DNA of 64,000 nucleotides from Pocillopora damicornis (Eukaryota): NCBI RefSeq assembly GCF_003704095.1, contig NW_020845628.1, positions 1 to 64,000 of the forward strand, read 5' to 3'. Shown piece by piece: positions 1 to 11,000 of this stretch (position 1 is its first letter; each line of letters starts with the position of its first letter). The notes under the pieces were generated by a model. It saw only the letters and a program-made list of their open reading frames with translations, ran no database searches and was not told where the DNA came from. The position numbers and the translations under genes were made by a program.

Positions 1-1795
1 TTAAATGAGCAATTTCATCACCAGTATATGAGAACCAACGTTTAATAAGGCCTCTTCACACGTATACAGGTGGTGCAATCAGCTAAAGTCCTCAAACATT
101 TATGTTAATTTACGTTGAATAAAGGAGTGTCATCAAAACAGGTCGCTTTCCTTTTGGCTCACCGAGTGCTGATGAGGGTCAACGTAATAAAGTGGGTTCT
201 TTTAGATTACGCAGGCGATTTTTCCATCAGTCCCGACTGGTATCGCTCAAAGGGGAAACATGTACTCGCAGTTTTGGGCGCTACTAAACCAAAAACGAAG
301 TCTTTCTCTGAGGTTCATACGCAAGTTTAGGCATCTTCACAATAGGCCCCCTCAAGGAATCTAATTGCTTTACGGCACTGGATTTAGTCGGTCATGTTAA
401 GCGGTGCAGGTAAAATGCTGATTAATAGAACACCATATCATAGCTCAATTAATTTCGCGCGTAAATTTTATTCCTGCATGAGATTCAAAGGGACTGAAAG
501 ATTGATTACTTCGCCGAAATGATGCACGTTGAAAAAAAACGACCTTAAGCTTCATTTTTTCTTTTCCTCTTAAAAACAGCTCTGCACAGAAATATTCACA
601 AATGACTTTCCAGTCCGCAATCAGGGACAAAACAGTCACTCATGAGGATCCTTAAAAGTAGATAATTACCAAACGAAGACTGCCAGTCTCCTGAATAAAG
701 TAATGGTAAGAAGAAACGGATCAAGATAACATAAATGAAAGTGTTCTAATTTTCTGATGAAAAAAATTTGTTCGAGGAAGTACACTGACTCCTGCATTTG
801 AAGAGCTGGGCAAAATTTCCTCATTCTTTATTATGCATACAGTTTTTGTATAGAGTGGCCGATTGTTAATACTGGGCGTAGCTGACAAAAATATTCCAGT
901 GAAATATTTTAAGAAACAAAACAGTCACATCAGTTATCAGTAGAATAGTCTTGTCCATTCATAAAGGGAAACAATGAAAGATGCCGAAAGAGATAGCACC
1001 GGATGTATTATTACTGGCTCTCTGCAGGGTAAAAAAAAAAGGTTAAGGAGTTGATTTCTTTGTTTTATAGATTGAGCAGATTATTTCATCATCATTCTTG
1101 ACTTGCATCTCTGAGAGAGAACATCTGTCTGAAGTCTGGACGCCTTAAAGTAGGAAGGTAAGAAAATCAAACCAAAGGTGGGCAAAACCTTTCCTGCACT
1201 GCAATGGGCGTCTGTACCGTTAAACAGTACTTGAATTTTTTCAGCTTTGTGCCGTGGAAAGGAGGTGCAATGTTTTTCGGATTTTAACCGAAACAATTGA
1301 TCACTTTCCGAACGATTTGCTACACACAATTTTGCCCGATCGCGTGGCGTTTTTATACATGGCGTATAAAAAGTTTTTGCAAACAAAATGGGTGAAAAAT
1401 CTTGGCCCAGTGATTCTATCTTCGTGTAATGGTGATTTTTCATCAAATAACGCATTTTAAGAGAGCGAGAGTAGGCTTATCCATTATATACTCAGTATTC
1501 AATTGAAAAAAATTGTGACAAGACAAAACATTCTCTCAATAGACACGAGACAGATACGATAATCTTATGCATGGCCATCGACTTCTCTCAGTCACAATGC
1601 AGAGTGGGGGAATAACTTACCTAATGCAGTTATTTATTGCTTTTTATTTGCCCCAACTCGTAGTTAATACACTCCATTCCTTGTCACGTATGTCATACAT
1701 GTTTCAAGCGCAGCAGGAATATTTTTAAACTTTTCTGATGCAATTATTTGATGCTTTTTGTTTGCCCTAAATGTAAATCTATTCTGGTTATCAGA

Positions 1796-2723
1796 ATGGA
1801 CATGCGCGTGACACTTGTGCTGGTGGTCTTTGTTGCCATTACAATGGGAAAACGTTTGAGGAGCCGTTTTGATTTCAAAGAGGATGATGAGCTACCACAG
1901 GATGACAATGTAAGAATACTTTTAAGTTAGTGCAGTTACAGGAGAGCTTCCTTTAAGATACTACTACTGCGTTGTGTACTATTTCCTTTACTGATGAAGA
2001 TTTCTATAAATACGAAGTAAAGAATCTGACTGATCGAGAAGGATAACCAGTTGGTTATTCACTTTGGTAGTAATGATTACAATGTGCGTTATAGATCGAG
2101 ACCATGAATGACCCTGGTTGTTTACGTTGTCCAACTATTCTTGGACCTTCAAGTCACACTTGCTGCCCGCCAAAGAGATGGTAATTATCCTATAAGAAAC
2201 AATTTTAGTAAAAGCTCACTTTTTCAGTTGAGTTAAAGATTTAACGATGATACCATGCCATCATCCCTTCACTGTCGCTGTCCCCGTCTCTGTTACTGTC
2301 ACTGTCGCTGTCCCCGTCCCCGTCCCCGTCCCCGTCCCCGTCCCCGGAAAGAGCTATTCTTGTCCAATCGCTCCAGTATCTATAGTCCTAAACCTGTTTT
2401 AAACTGTTGACACAGAGAACTTTCTGAAACCTCATTATATTTTGAATGAATTGATAAGAAAGTTTCGTTAAAAGCACCTTTCTAATCATAAATATTACAA
2501 ACAATTTACAGCTTTCAATTCGGCAATAAATAACCCGCCAACAGGGACTTTTAAGAGCAGATAGTTATTGAAAGTTGACTGCCCGCTTCATAGAAGAGAG
2601 AATGGAACGATAAAATCCGGAGAACATAGATAAAAGCGTTTTCAATTAACTTCTTTTGTTTTCGCCGGGTGGAACAGAATTGTCCTGCTGAAATGTGTTC
2701 TACTGACTGCTTTCTTCAGTTGA
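1796..2723 (+). CDS. Small secreted cysteine-rich peptide precursor, copy A (~67 aa; toxin/antimicrobial-peptide-like architecture)
   Basis: Exons 1796-1909 (MDMRVTLVLVVFVAITMGKRLRSRFDFKEDDELPQDDN|gtaag), 2095-2180 (IETMNDPGCLRCPTILGPSSHTCCPPKR-TG|gt) and 2720-2723 (T-TGA after ctgac...tttcttcag). Hydrophobic signal, acidic propeptide, then C-x2-C-x10-CC-x4-C. A likely 5'UTR exon at 1071-1157 is homologous to that of copy B. Confidence 0.75.
2270..2346. repeat. (GTCCCC)n-type hexamer microsatellite
   Basis: Tandem gtcccc units preceded by a duplicated cactgtcgctgtccccgtc, inside intron 2 of peptide copy A. Confidence 0.85.
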
Positions 2724-3230
2724 AGACTGTTAGTGATGGCTAGGGCCGAATGAATACGTTTATATGTCGTCAAACATGCAACCAGGTTGATAGCTTCCTA
2801 AGTTTCTCTAAAAAACCGAAATTTTAATACCAAACTCTTTAAAAACGGTAAAATATCAAAGATGTAGAGAATATCAGTGGCAAGTTTTAGAACGCTGGTA
2901 ACGTTCAGCTGTTTTTTAGGTCGAAGGCCAATGCAGGAAACGCAATAAATAAACATAGTCCTTCAGCTATCTGCCTTTAGGAACGTAAAACCAATCAGCT
3001 CCTGTATAACATCGGTAAACTCGGCTACCGCGCCTTTATGCATTTTAAGATGAACTATTCTCGACATTGCTTTGAACTACTAATTCGACATTCCCCTCAT
3101 AAAAAGGCCCAATCCTTTTATCCTTTTACACGCCATTTTTCGCAGAACAGGTTCGCTAATAGACCTTTTTTCTAACTTTCCAAGCACCCACTCAACTCAT
3201 AAGCTTCAAATGTCAAGTACTAATACGCAC

Positions 3231-3297
3231 CACCCTGTCGTTTCACCCGCAACGCAACAGTCTTTGGCCCCGGGGGCATGCAATTTGTGCAAGAGGT
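3231..3297 (-). pseudogene. Frameshifted third copy of the mature Cys-rich peptide exon
   Basis: Minus strand reads cag|ACC TCT TGC ACA AAT TGC ATG CCC CCG GGG (TSCTNCMPPG), then in another frame KDCCVAGETTG-TG|gtgcgt. The downstream intron (gtattagtacttgacatttgaa) matches that after copy B exon 2 (gtattactcgacatttaaa). The exon is 67 nt, one base short of a phase 0 to 2 exon. Confidence 0.6.
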
Positions 3298-4082
3298 CTG
3301 TGAGGGGCTTGGTACTTAGAATCGGTAGAACCGAACCCTCGAGGACTTCTTGAGTGCTCACATCGCTCGCCGACTCGAAACGCTTGGGTTCGCCGTTCGT
3401 GTCGCAGCGCCAATGAAAACCTGTGTGGCCTACAATGCCAGAGCCTATTTTGCTTTCCATATCATGGGGGACTATGAAGGGTCCAGGAGTATTTCTACTC
3501 TCCCAGGACAGGCTGGTACTCTTTACTGAGAAAAGCTCGATTCGTTTAACTCAAAACAACCGTGAAAAACGCCAATAGGCAGTTATTTTATTTCAAAGAT
3601 CAGTGGAGCTTATTATTCTATTTTCTACACAAAATACTACCGGTTACGAAAAGTTTCTGACTTGAATGGAACATGAAATCGCACGTTTAAATATCTTCAC
3701 TAGCTCCACAACATCTCTGTACTTTCTTCTTTGTGCTCACATCGGTTTAATGACATTTTCCATCCCATTTACTGTAAATCATTAAAAATAAAGTAGAGTT
3801 CTAATTAGGTATTACAAAAAATATTTAAAAGCTAAAAAGAACTTGGTAGGGTTCATTACACTGCGCGGATACTCCGTATAATTGTGCTAATTACAAAATG
3901 CTCGGATATGAGTGGTTCCTTACAGCCCCTATCTGCGGGTTAATTGGCTGTTTCAAGTACAAAATGTCTGATTTTACCTGTCCGATTACAAACACTGGTT
4001 ATTGGACAGAATCGGGCAGGCCAAAACAGACAATTAACGAGCCAATAAAAATTAAACATTTAAAGTCATTGGCCAATAAAAC

Positions 4083-4897
4083 TTAACTACCTAACCAATG
4101 CCGGCCAATCGAAATAAAGAAAAACTTTTTAAGCAAGCAGGTTGAGAGGTTCACACTGAAAACAAACATGGAAGAAATTAACTAGTCTATTGACTGGTAT
4201 TCAGGGTATGTGCCCTTACATTAAATATTTAATTCCTGAGTTTCTCGCATTTTGTTATCGGCACAGGTGGCCGTCGCACTTCATGTCGGACAATTCAGGG
4301 GCAATCACGCTCATAGTTTCATATAAGTCTTGCGCTACGCGCTTGGACAGTTTGAAATCACTCGCTAGGTTACTCCCTGAATTATATTACGCTCATCCCT
4401 GTTAATGCTTGATTAGTACACGTATGGTAAACTGAAATGGCGACTTTTTATGTATGTGCGAGGTTTCTCAACACCTAAATATTTGTAAAAATTTCCTGCC
4501 TCAACTCAACTCATATGATTTAAATGTCGAGTAATACTTACCAAGTTTGATCCGGAGTGCAACAGTCCGTGGGAGTGGTAATAAAACGACGGTAGCATTT
4601 TTTACAAGCTCTCTTCTTCCAGGGCCACCCTTGCTGGAGAACTTTACCTTGTATCTATGAGAGACATCAGCAATGCACTATTAAAATAAGAGCATATTAA
4701 GTACCTCTCATGTCGATGTGTGAGAAAATAAAACAAAAGCCAACAGACAAGTAATTACATGTAAATATTTACTATTTATCAATAGCATCATGACACCGTA
4801 CCTCATCACCCTGTTTTAAGCCAAAACGGCTCCTCAAATGAAGTCCCATTGTCATGGCAACCAAGACTATCAGTATAAGTGTCACGCGCATGTCCAT
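4083..4897 (-). CDS. Small secreted cysteine-rich peptide precursor, copy B
   Basis: Exons 4897-4802 (MDMRVTLILIVLVAMTMGLHLRSRFGLKQGDE|gtac) and 4654-4542 (IQGKVLQQGWPWKKRACKKCYRRFITTPTDCCTPDQT-TG|gtaag). The last exon is uncertain: the acceptor at 4155 gives CVNLSTCLLKKFFFISIGRHWLGS* (6 Cys), and one near 3525 gives CKEYQPVLGE*. Probable 5'UTR exon ~6171-6090. Confidence 0.75.
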
Positions 4898-5182
4898 ATT
4901 GATAACCTGAATAGATTTGCATTAATTTAACAAAATGTCTTGAATTGTGGCAAAATGATGAAATTCGGAAAGTTCCATCAAATGATTAGACAAGAAAAAA
5001 AAACAGAAAACAGTCGTGGTTTCATTTGCTGCCAGGATTAATAAAGGAGTCTACTAGGCGTAGATACAAGAAAATTGATTATTGTGCATTAGACAATTAT
5101 CTATTATTCGTGGGCGTTGGATAAGTAGGGCGTGTGATTATCAAATGAATGCCGCAACTGAAGACAAAGAATCATGGTTCTA

Positions 5183-5821
5183 GAGGTTCCAATATAGGTT
5201 CGGCGGGATGTAGGATGAGGCTTAAAATCGAGGCGGGATGTGGGATAAGAGAAATTTTAAAGGCGAGATGCGGGATGAAAATAGGAAGGCGAGACCGGGA
5301 TATGCTCCGTTTCGAAGGCGGGATAGAGGATAGGACGGGTATAAGCCCGTAACGTCCAGCGAAACGAGTATCACTTTTTTCGGAAGCTCTGTTTCTTCCC
5401 ATGAAGTTGATGAAGTCTGTTGTATCTTTGAGATATGACTCCTAGTGTTAGGCGATCGGCTGAAGAATTTTTATCCACTATTGTGACAGTAAAACTCTAC
5501 TGTTGGTCCTTCTGATGATGGAGGTTTTTTTTGTCTCATTTAGAAATGACCGTAAACACACCGAGGAACAACCGTTTTTTAAGCGTTAAATACGCATTAA
5601 GTCTTTTCCTTTTTCCATAGTGATAGTACATCATAAATATTGCAAAGGCTAATTTGTCCATTAGTTGGTGGTGAACTAAAGCAACTTGGGTTTAACCCAG
5701 CGGGATCGGGATTAAAATGTTCATTGAAGCGGGATGGCGGAATGGTGGAATGGCGGAATGGCGGGATGGAATGAAAAATATCGGCAGAATGCGGGATTGA
5801 AAAAGTCTATTTTGGACCCTC
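5183..5821. mobile_element. Non-autonomous DNA transposon (~640 bp) with terminal inverted repeats and a 7-8 bp target-site duplication
   Basis: Ends GAGGTTCCAATATAG...CTATTTTGGACCCTC. Direct repeat GGTTCTA(G) at 5176 and 5822. Subterminal GCGGGAT repeats. Lies in the first intron of peptide copy B. Confidence 0.7.
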
Positions 5822-8068
5822 GGTTCTAGGCTTATAATATGTATTTGAAATGTTAACTTATGAACACCTAACGCATTTCAGTCTGCATCAGTTCGGACTG
5901 GACTCAAAACTTGCGGGGTTGTTCCTTCTGGAAGTGAAGCTCTAGTGAAAAGAAGTAATGCGTTGTTTTACCCTCATGCACGGCTGATAGGATACAAATG
6001 CTGTGCAGTTACGAGAATTGTGATGAGTTCACGCGTTAGGGGTTAAAAGTGGCCCAAAATCACACATAAACTTTGATCAGATTTCATACCTTTTCGAAAC
6101 TTCAGATAGATGTTCTCCCTTGGAGCAATACTAGTCGATTGCGATGACAAAATAGATCTCTTTATCTATTGCTGAAGTAAATAAGAAACTTCATTGAACT
6201 TTTTTCCACCCTTTAGAGAGCCAATAAAAAGGTAAGTTATTAATATTACTTAATTATCTTATCTTATCATATCATATCTATCAAAGTATCTTACAAGTGA
6301 CCATCCTCTTTGTGAAACATAGGCGCGTTTTAATGGCTCCTTCATACACCACTCTAAAGGAACAGCCTACTAAGACCTTCCCTAAGGGTTTTTCATGCAA
6401 ACATTTGAGATGTTTTCCACAGTTGCATTTACTCCACGCTTAAACCCAAAACCCATATTTAATACAATACAATAAAACGCAATATTCTTTAGTTAACGAA
6501 GGTGACGTAATTAACTCAATGAGTTATCTAACTTACGGTTTTCACAGCAGTACAAATGCATATATTAAATAATGACTAATCAACACTACCTATTTGCTTA
6601 AGATCATTATCAAGGCAATTAAAAAGGATGGCAGCCCTTGGAAAGATTTACGTAAAACCCTATACCATTTCTAGAACAAAACATCAATCCAGCAAGTAAT
6701 TTATTTGTTTCGCCATTGTTTTGTATACACCTGGTTAGAGGGAAATTTTCCCTCTAGGAAAGATTTCTGTTTAACTCCATACTTTCAAATCAAATAACTC
6801 TACGTATCATGAAGTCAGATTTTAATTCCGTTATTGGTTTAGTTACGCCCTAAACTAACCATTTTATTACTTTGACCCTCATCAACCCTCGGTGGGTTCA
6901 AAGGAAAGCGACCTGTTCTAATGACAATCCTTTATTTAACATAGATTAGCATAAATGCATAGTGACCTGAACTAATTAAACCACCTGAATACATCTGAAT
7001 ATGACCGATCTTGAATCCGGCCGGTATTTTCAGAATTTAGAGTCTTTAATCCTAAGAGTCCGAGTTGACTAAAACGGCGCCAATGTTTTGTCCATTAAGG
7101 ATTAGCTGACAACACAAGAGAATCAATTATCTCTTGCCAACTAGGTAATAAAAAAAACCAGCTTTAGGCATTTCCTTTGTTGTTGAACATATTGTTTTAG
7201 ATGTCCTCGTAATTTCGTTTTGCACGTTTGTCACATTAAAAGAAGGGATCTTTGGCGGTCAGGCCCTCAACGCCGAGGAAGACGTGGATTAAAAAATGAA
7301 TCTATATTTACGGTTAGAATTTTTTTCGAATAGCTGGATGCGTGTACCTTCTCTTACAGCGCCACACCTCAACTACAGCTTCACGCACGTAAGCAACGTT
7401 GAGTTCCAAATGGGAACTTAAATGACTCGCCGTCAGGGTTTCGGTTCTAACACCACGCAAATTTTGGTAATTTCAAGTTGTTGTCTTTCAGAGGACGGCT
7501 AAGACATTTACGAAGTTTTAAAACACTCGAGCAGAGCTATTGTTCTGCCCATGATATCTTTTGTTTACCACAAAATATCAAGAATGCACAAAATATCATT
7601 AAGACCTTGGGTTTACTTTTTCATGTCTTAGTTTATTCCAGTTTCATTCATTTTGTTCCACAGTTCAATGGACACCAAAAGCGTCCTTCAAGCACTACCT
7701 TTACGTATCTCAGTTTTGTGAAAAGGTTTTCCGGACGTAACAAGTCTCTCGGCTCAATACATAACATGGACGAGGGAATTTGACAAGAAAAACTGCCTGG
7801 AGCAAAATAATGTGGCAAAATGAAGAAGAGAATGGCAGCAGAGTGAAGTTGACAGAGTAAATTATATTGGACAGTTCATTTAGAAAACTTAGGGAGACAT
7901 AACTCGGAATGTTTTTGTATCTTATGTTCTCTTCCAAAGCTGTAATGGTCAGTCGCATATTGCGATTGCTGCCGCCGGAGTTGTAACCATGCTTTGAGAG
8001 ATTGGAATCGGCTGCATGACACAGCAAGACGAACCATTCATCTGACTGACTCAGATAGCTTGTTTCTC

Positions 8069-11000
8069 TCATCTTGATGTAACAGCTCGCTCTTTGCTGA
8101 AGTCATAGTTATACTGGAAGAGAAAAAACAAACGCGAAACGAAATTTCGACCAAAATACATGTCACTTTTAACCAGCCTAGGCCATGCAAATTGGAAAAT
8201 TTCAAGACATTGCCTAACGGCTAATAGGATGAACTAACAAATATATCCCGATTTATAACTTGGCATAAGAAGACCGAGCTGAAATTCTTAGTTCCCGTAA
8301 TAAGCTGGTTCCGAAGTTGATCCCTCAAGAGGCATTCTCGGGGAATCTAAGCTTCATGGGAACAATGAACAAGACTGCAATCGAGCCTTGTAAGCCTGGG
8401 AGCAGTCTCTCATTACCGCTGCAGCACTGATCACCAAGCCCGCAGGTTTGGAGCCGGCTTCAACGGAAAGTTCCACTTACCTTTACGTCTATGTCACTGA
8501 CAGATAAGCTTTGCATAGCGGGAATCACAGGCTGAAAAAAAGATATAACACCCTCGTTAAAGAGAGTATGTTGAATATCTTCTCTGTTCTCTGTTAAATA
8601 TTGGATAACAAATGATCTTCACCCCTTAATATCATAATTTTCTCAAAATAAAGACGCCCAACCACTGAACCACCCCGTTCATTTTCTCATTCCTATTTCT
8701 AACTTTAAATCCTTGCGTTTTCGCTCATGCAAAGAATATTCGAATTTAAGACAAGTCGGCGCAAACCCACATTCGAGCAAAAACGATTCTATGTTGTTCA
8801 TTAAGATCACACTGCAACGCTTACAGCTGTAAGGTCTACTTAGCACAGCCGTCAGACGTAGGCGAATGTGCAAACGCTGTGGTGACTAGGCGGCGTGCTT
8901 TCAGGATGTTAGAATCAAGTTGTCTTACAAGAGAGTTATAAACAACTGCATGAGCGAGCAAGTCGCGGTGTTTGAAAATCGTTTGACTTTTTCCAAAAAG
9001 CTCAAGACACAATGGTAACCAGAAAGAAATCCATACGTAGACAAACTTTGTGTTCGAAAATAATCCATTTTCCTTTTTTTTTTTTTTTTACTTCGTTTGC
9101 TTTCACAGAGTCCTATGAACTAATTAACATTTCTTTTTTCACATATCTTGTGTGTCAGCGGTCGTTTCTTAAGTTTTCCTTTGAAATTTTAAGCAGCACA
9201 TTAACGCACTACCGGCCAAAATTGGTTCCCTTGCGCATGTCCTACATTATGAACACCGCTGTGGTAGACGACTTTAACCTACCCCTGACTTTTTCCACAG
9301 CATCTCAAACTTGGAATTGACCTCAAACGGAAGGCCTTCAATTGCTATCAAGAATAAGAAAAAAAAAACTGAGTATCACTGGCAAACAAATGCACTGTAT
9401 CTTTACCCATGTTTGGGCGATAATAAAGATGAGCACTGACATAATTCAAAGACCTCAGCGAAGAAAACAAAGAGCAAAGTGTTACATAAGAAAGAACAAT
9501 TGTCACAAATATTGCGACAGAACACCACTGAGCTCGCAGATCATGCTGCTTAGAAAGTGTTCATTTTCTGGTGCAGGTAAGTGTAAATGAACATGTATGT
9601 ATTCACACCTGTAGTTTGTATAAGTGAGCTCTCTTAATTAAGAAGCAAGTTTCCAGAGATGGAAGTTGTTTAATATTAATTTCATCTCTAGGTGGTTCAT
9701 TCAAAGATCATGGTTACTTATGGTGAGGAAGTCAATACAAATCAGCCGCAATAATTTCCTTTCCATTGTGCTCTTTCCCTTCACTTCATCCATTCCCTTC
9801 TAGCGTTCTCCTACCACAAGAAACCGAAGTTTAAGGTTTTATTCTGTTGTAAAATTTTCCTCTTCTCCAAGTATCCTATCACATTGGTTGCTACAGACAA
9901 GGTTATACTCACCGGAACTTGCTCCAGGTTTAGCTGACACTGCAGGAAGTGCTTGATAACCTAGCTGGTGCTGCTGGGGACTTGGGACTGGAGCCTGACC
10001 ATACCTATGGAAAGGTAAAGACACTGTAAACGTCTGGCACAGAATGAGTTTATTTTCTTTGTGCTTAGCTAATGGATATTTTTGTGTATGCCAAGGTGGA
10101 TCCAGGGTGTTCTTAGAAGGGGTGCACCACAAAGAAATGAAGTAACTGACACACAATACAATAAGAATCATTTTAAAACGAACAAAGAAGAAGGGAAGTA
10201 ATAAAATGTGAACTACTAAGAATACATAGCAAACAATACAGTAGATTTTGCATAACCATGAAGTTACATTAGAAAGCTGGAGATCATCTCAAAGGGGTGG
10301 GGTTGTGCACCCCCTCTACCCTTCCCCAAGATCTGCCCCTGGTATTAGTTGTAAGTTTCAAAAATATATTTTTTAAGAAAGCATACAACATCCATATTTC
10401 TAAACATAATAGTCCAATCATTACTGGCATGTGCCATTGATACTTTTTCAGACACATTACTTCTTGTGTTCACTAGATGGCTTGTATGATCTGAGCCTAA
10501 GCTAACCCTTTACACTCTGAGATCAGTATCCTTTTTCTCCTTAATCTTCTCTATACATTTCCTTTGGTCCAAACAAGGAGAATTTGTTTAACAATCAAAG
10601 CATCTTAGGTTGGCAATCATTTCCTATATTCTCATGATTTTAATGAACAATTCAGCAGTTTTACTGTAAGGAGAAATTAGGTGCTGGTCATTTGATGGGT
10701 TAAATGAATAACTGCTTTTATTAGGTCAAACATAGCTTGTTTTTGCACAAAAGCTCAGCTGGTTGCATATGATATTCACCAACTAATTTTGATGTTAAAT
10801 TATGGATACCAACTGTTTAATATTTTTTTTATTTCATGTTAGCTTTTTATGTAAAGGAAACTAACCACTGATTTTGAGGAGGTACATTATATGGATTCTG
10901 ATGAACTGAAGGTGGTCCTGGTGGTTCTCTTGTCATTGGAGCTGCTTTGAAACACACTGACAAGTTATTTACCTCATTCCTGGAAAAAAAACACACATAT

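Noticed and set aside
3206-3460. 84-aa ORF as a stand-alone gene, or as the end of a long alternative-frame protein from the exons at 6131, 4654 and 3525
   Set aside because: The Cys-frame reading is supported by paralogy to copy A and by a signal exon. The long frame has no recognisable features and only contains the DCC of the relic exon.
1796-4897. Naming the peptides as SCRiPs, damicornin or ShK toxins
   Set aside because: The Cys number and spacing do not fit those frameworks as I know them.
5149-5402. Opposing 67-aa and 76-aa ORFs
   Set aside because: They lie in the repetitive subterminal region of a non-autonomous transposon.
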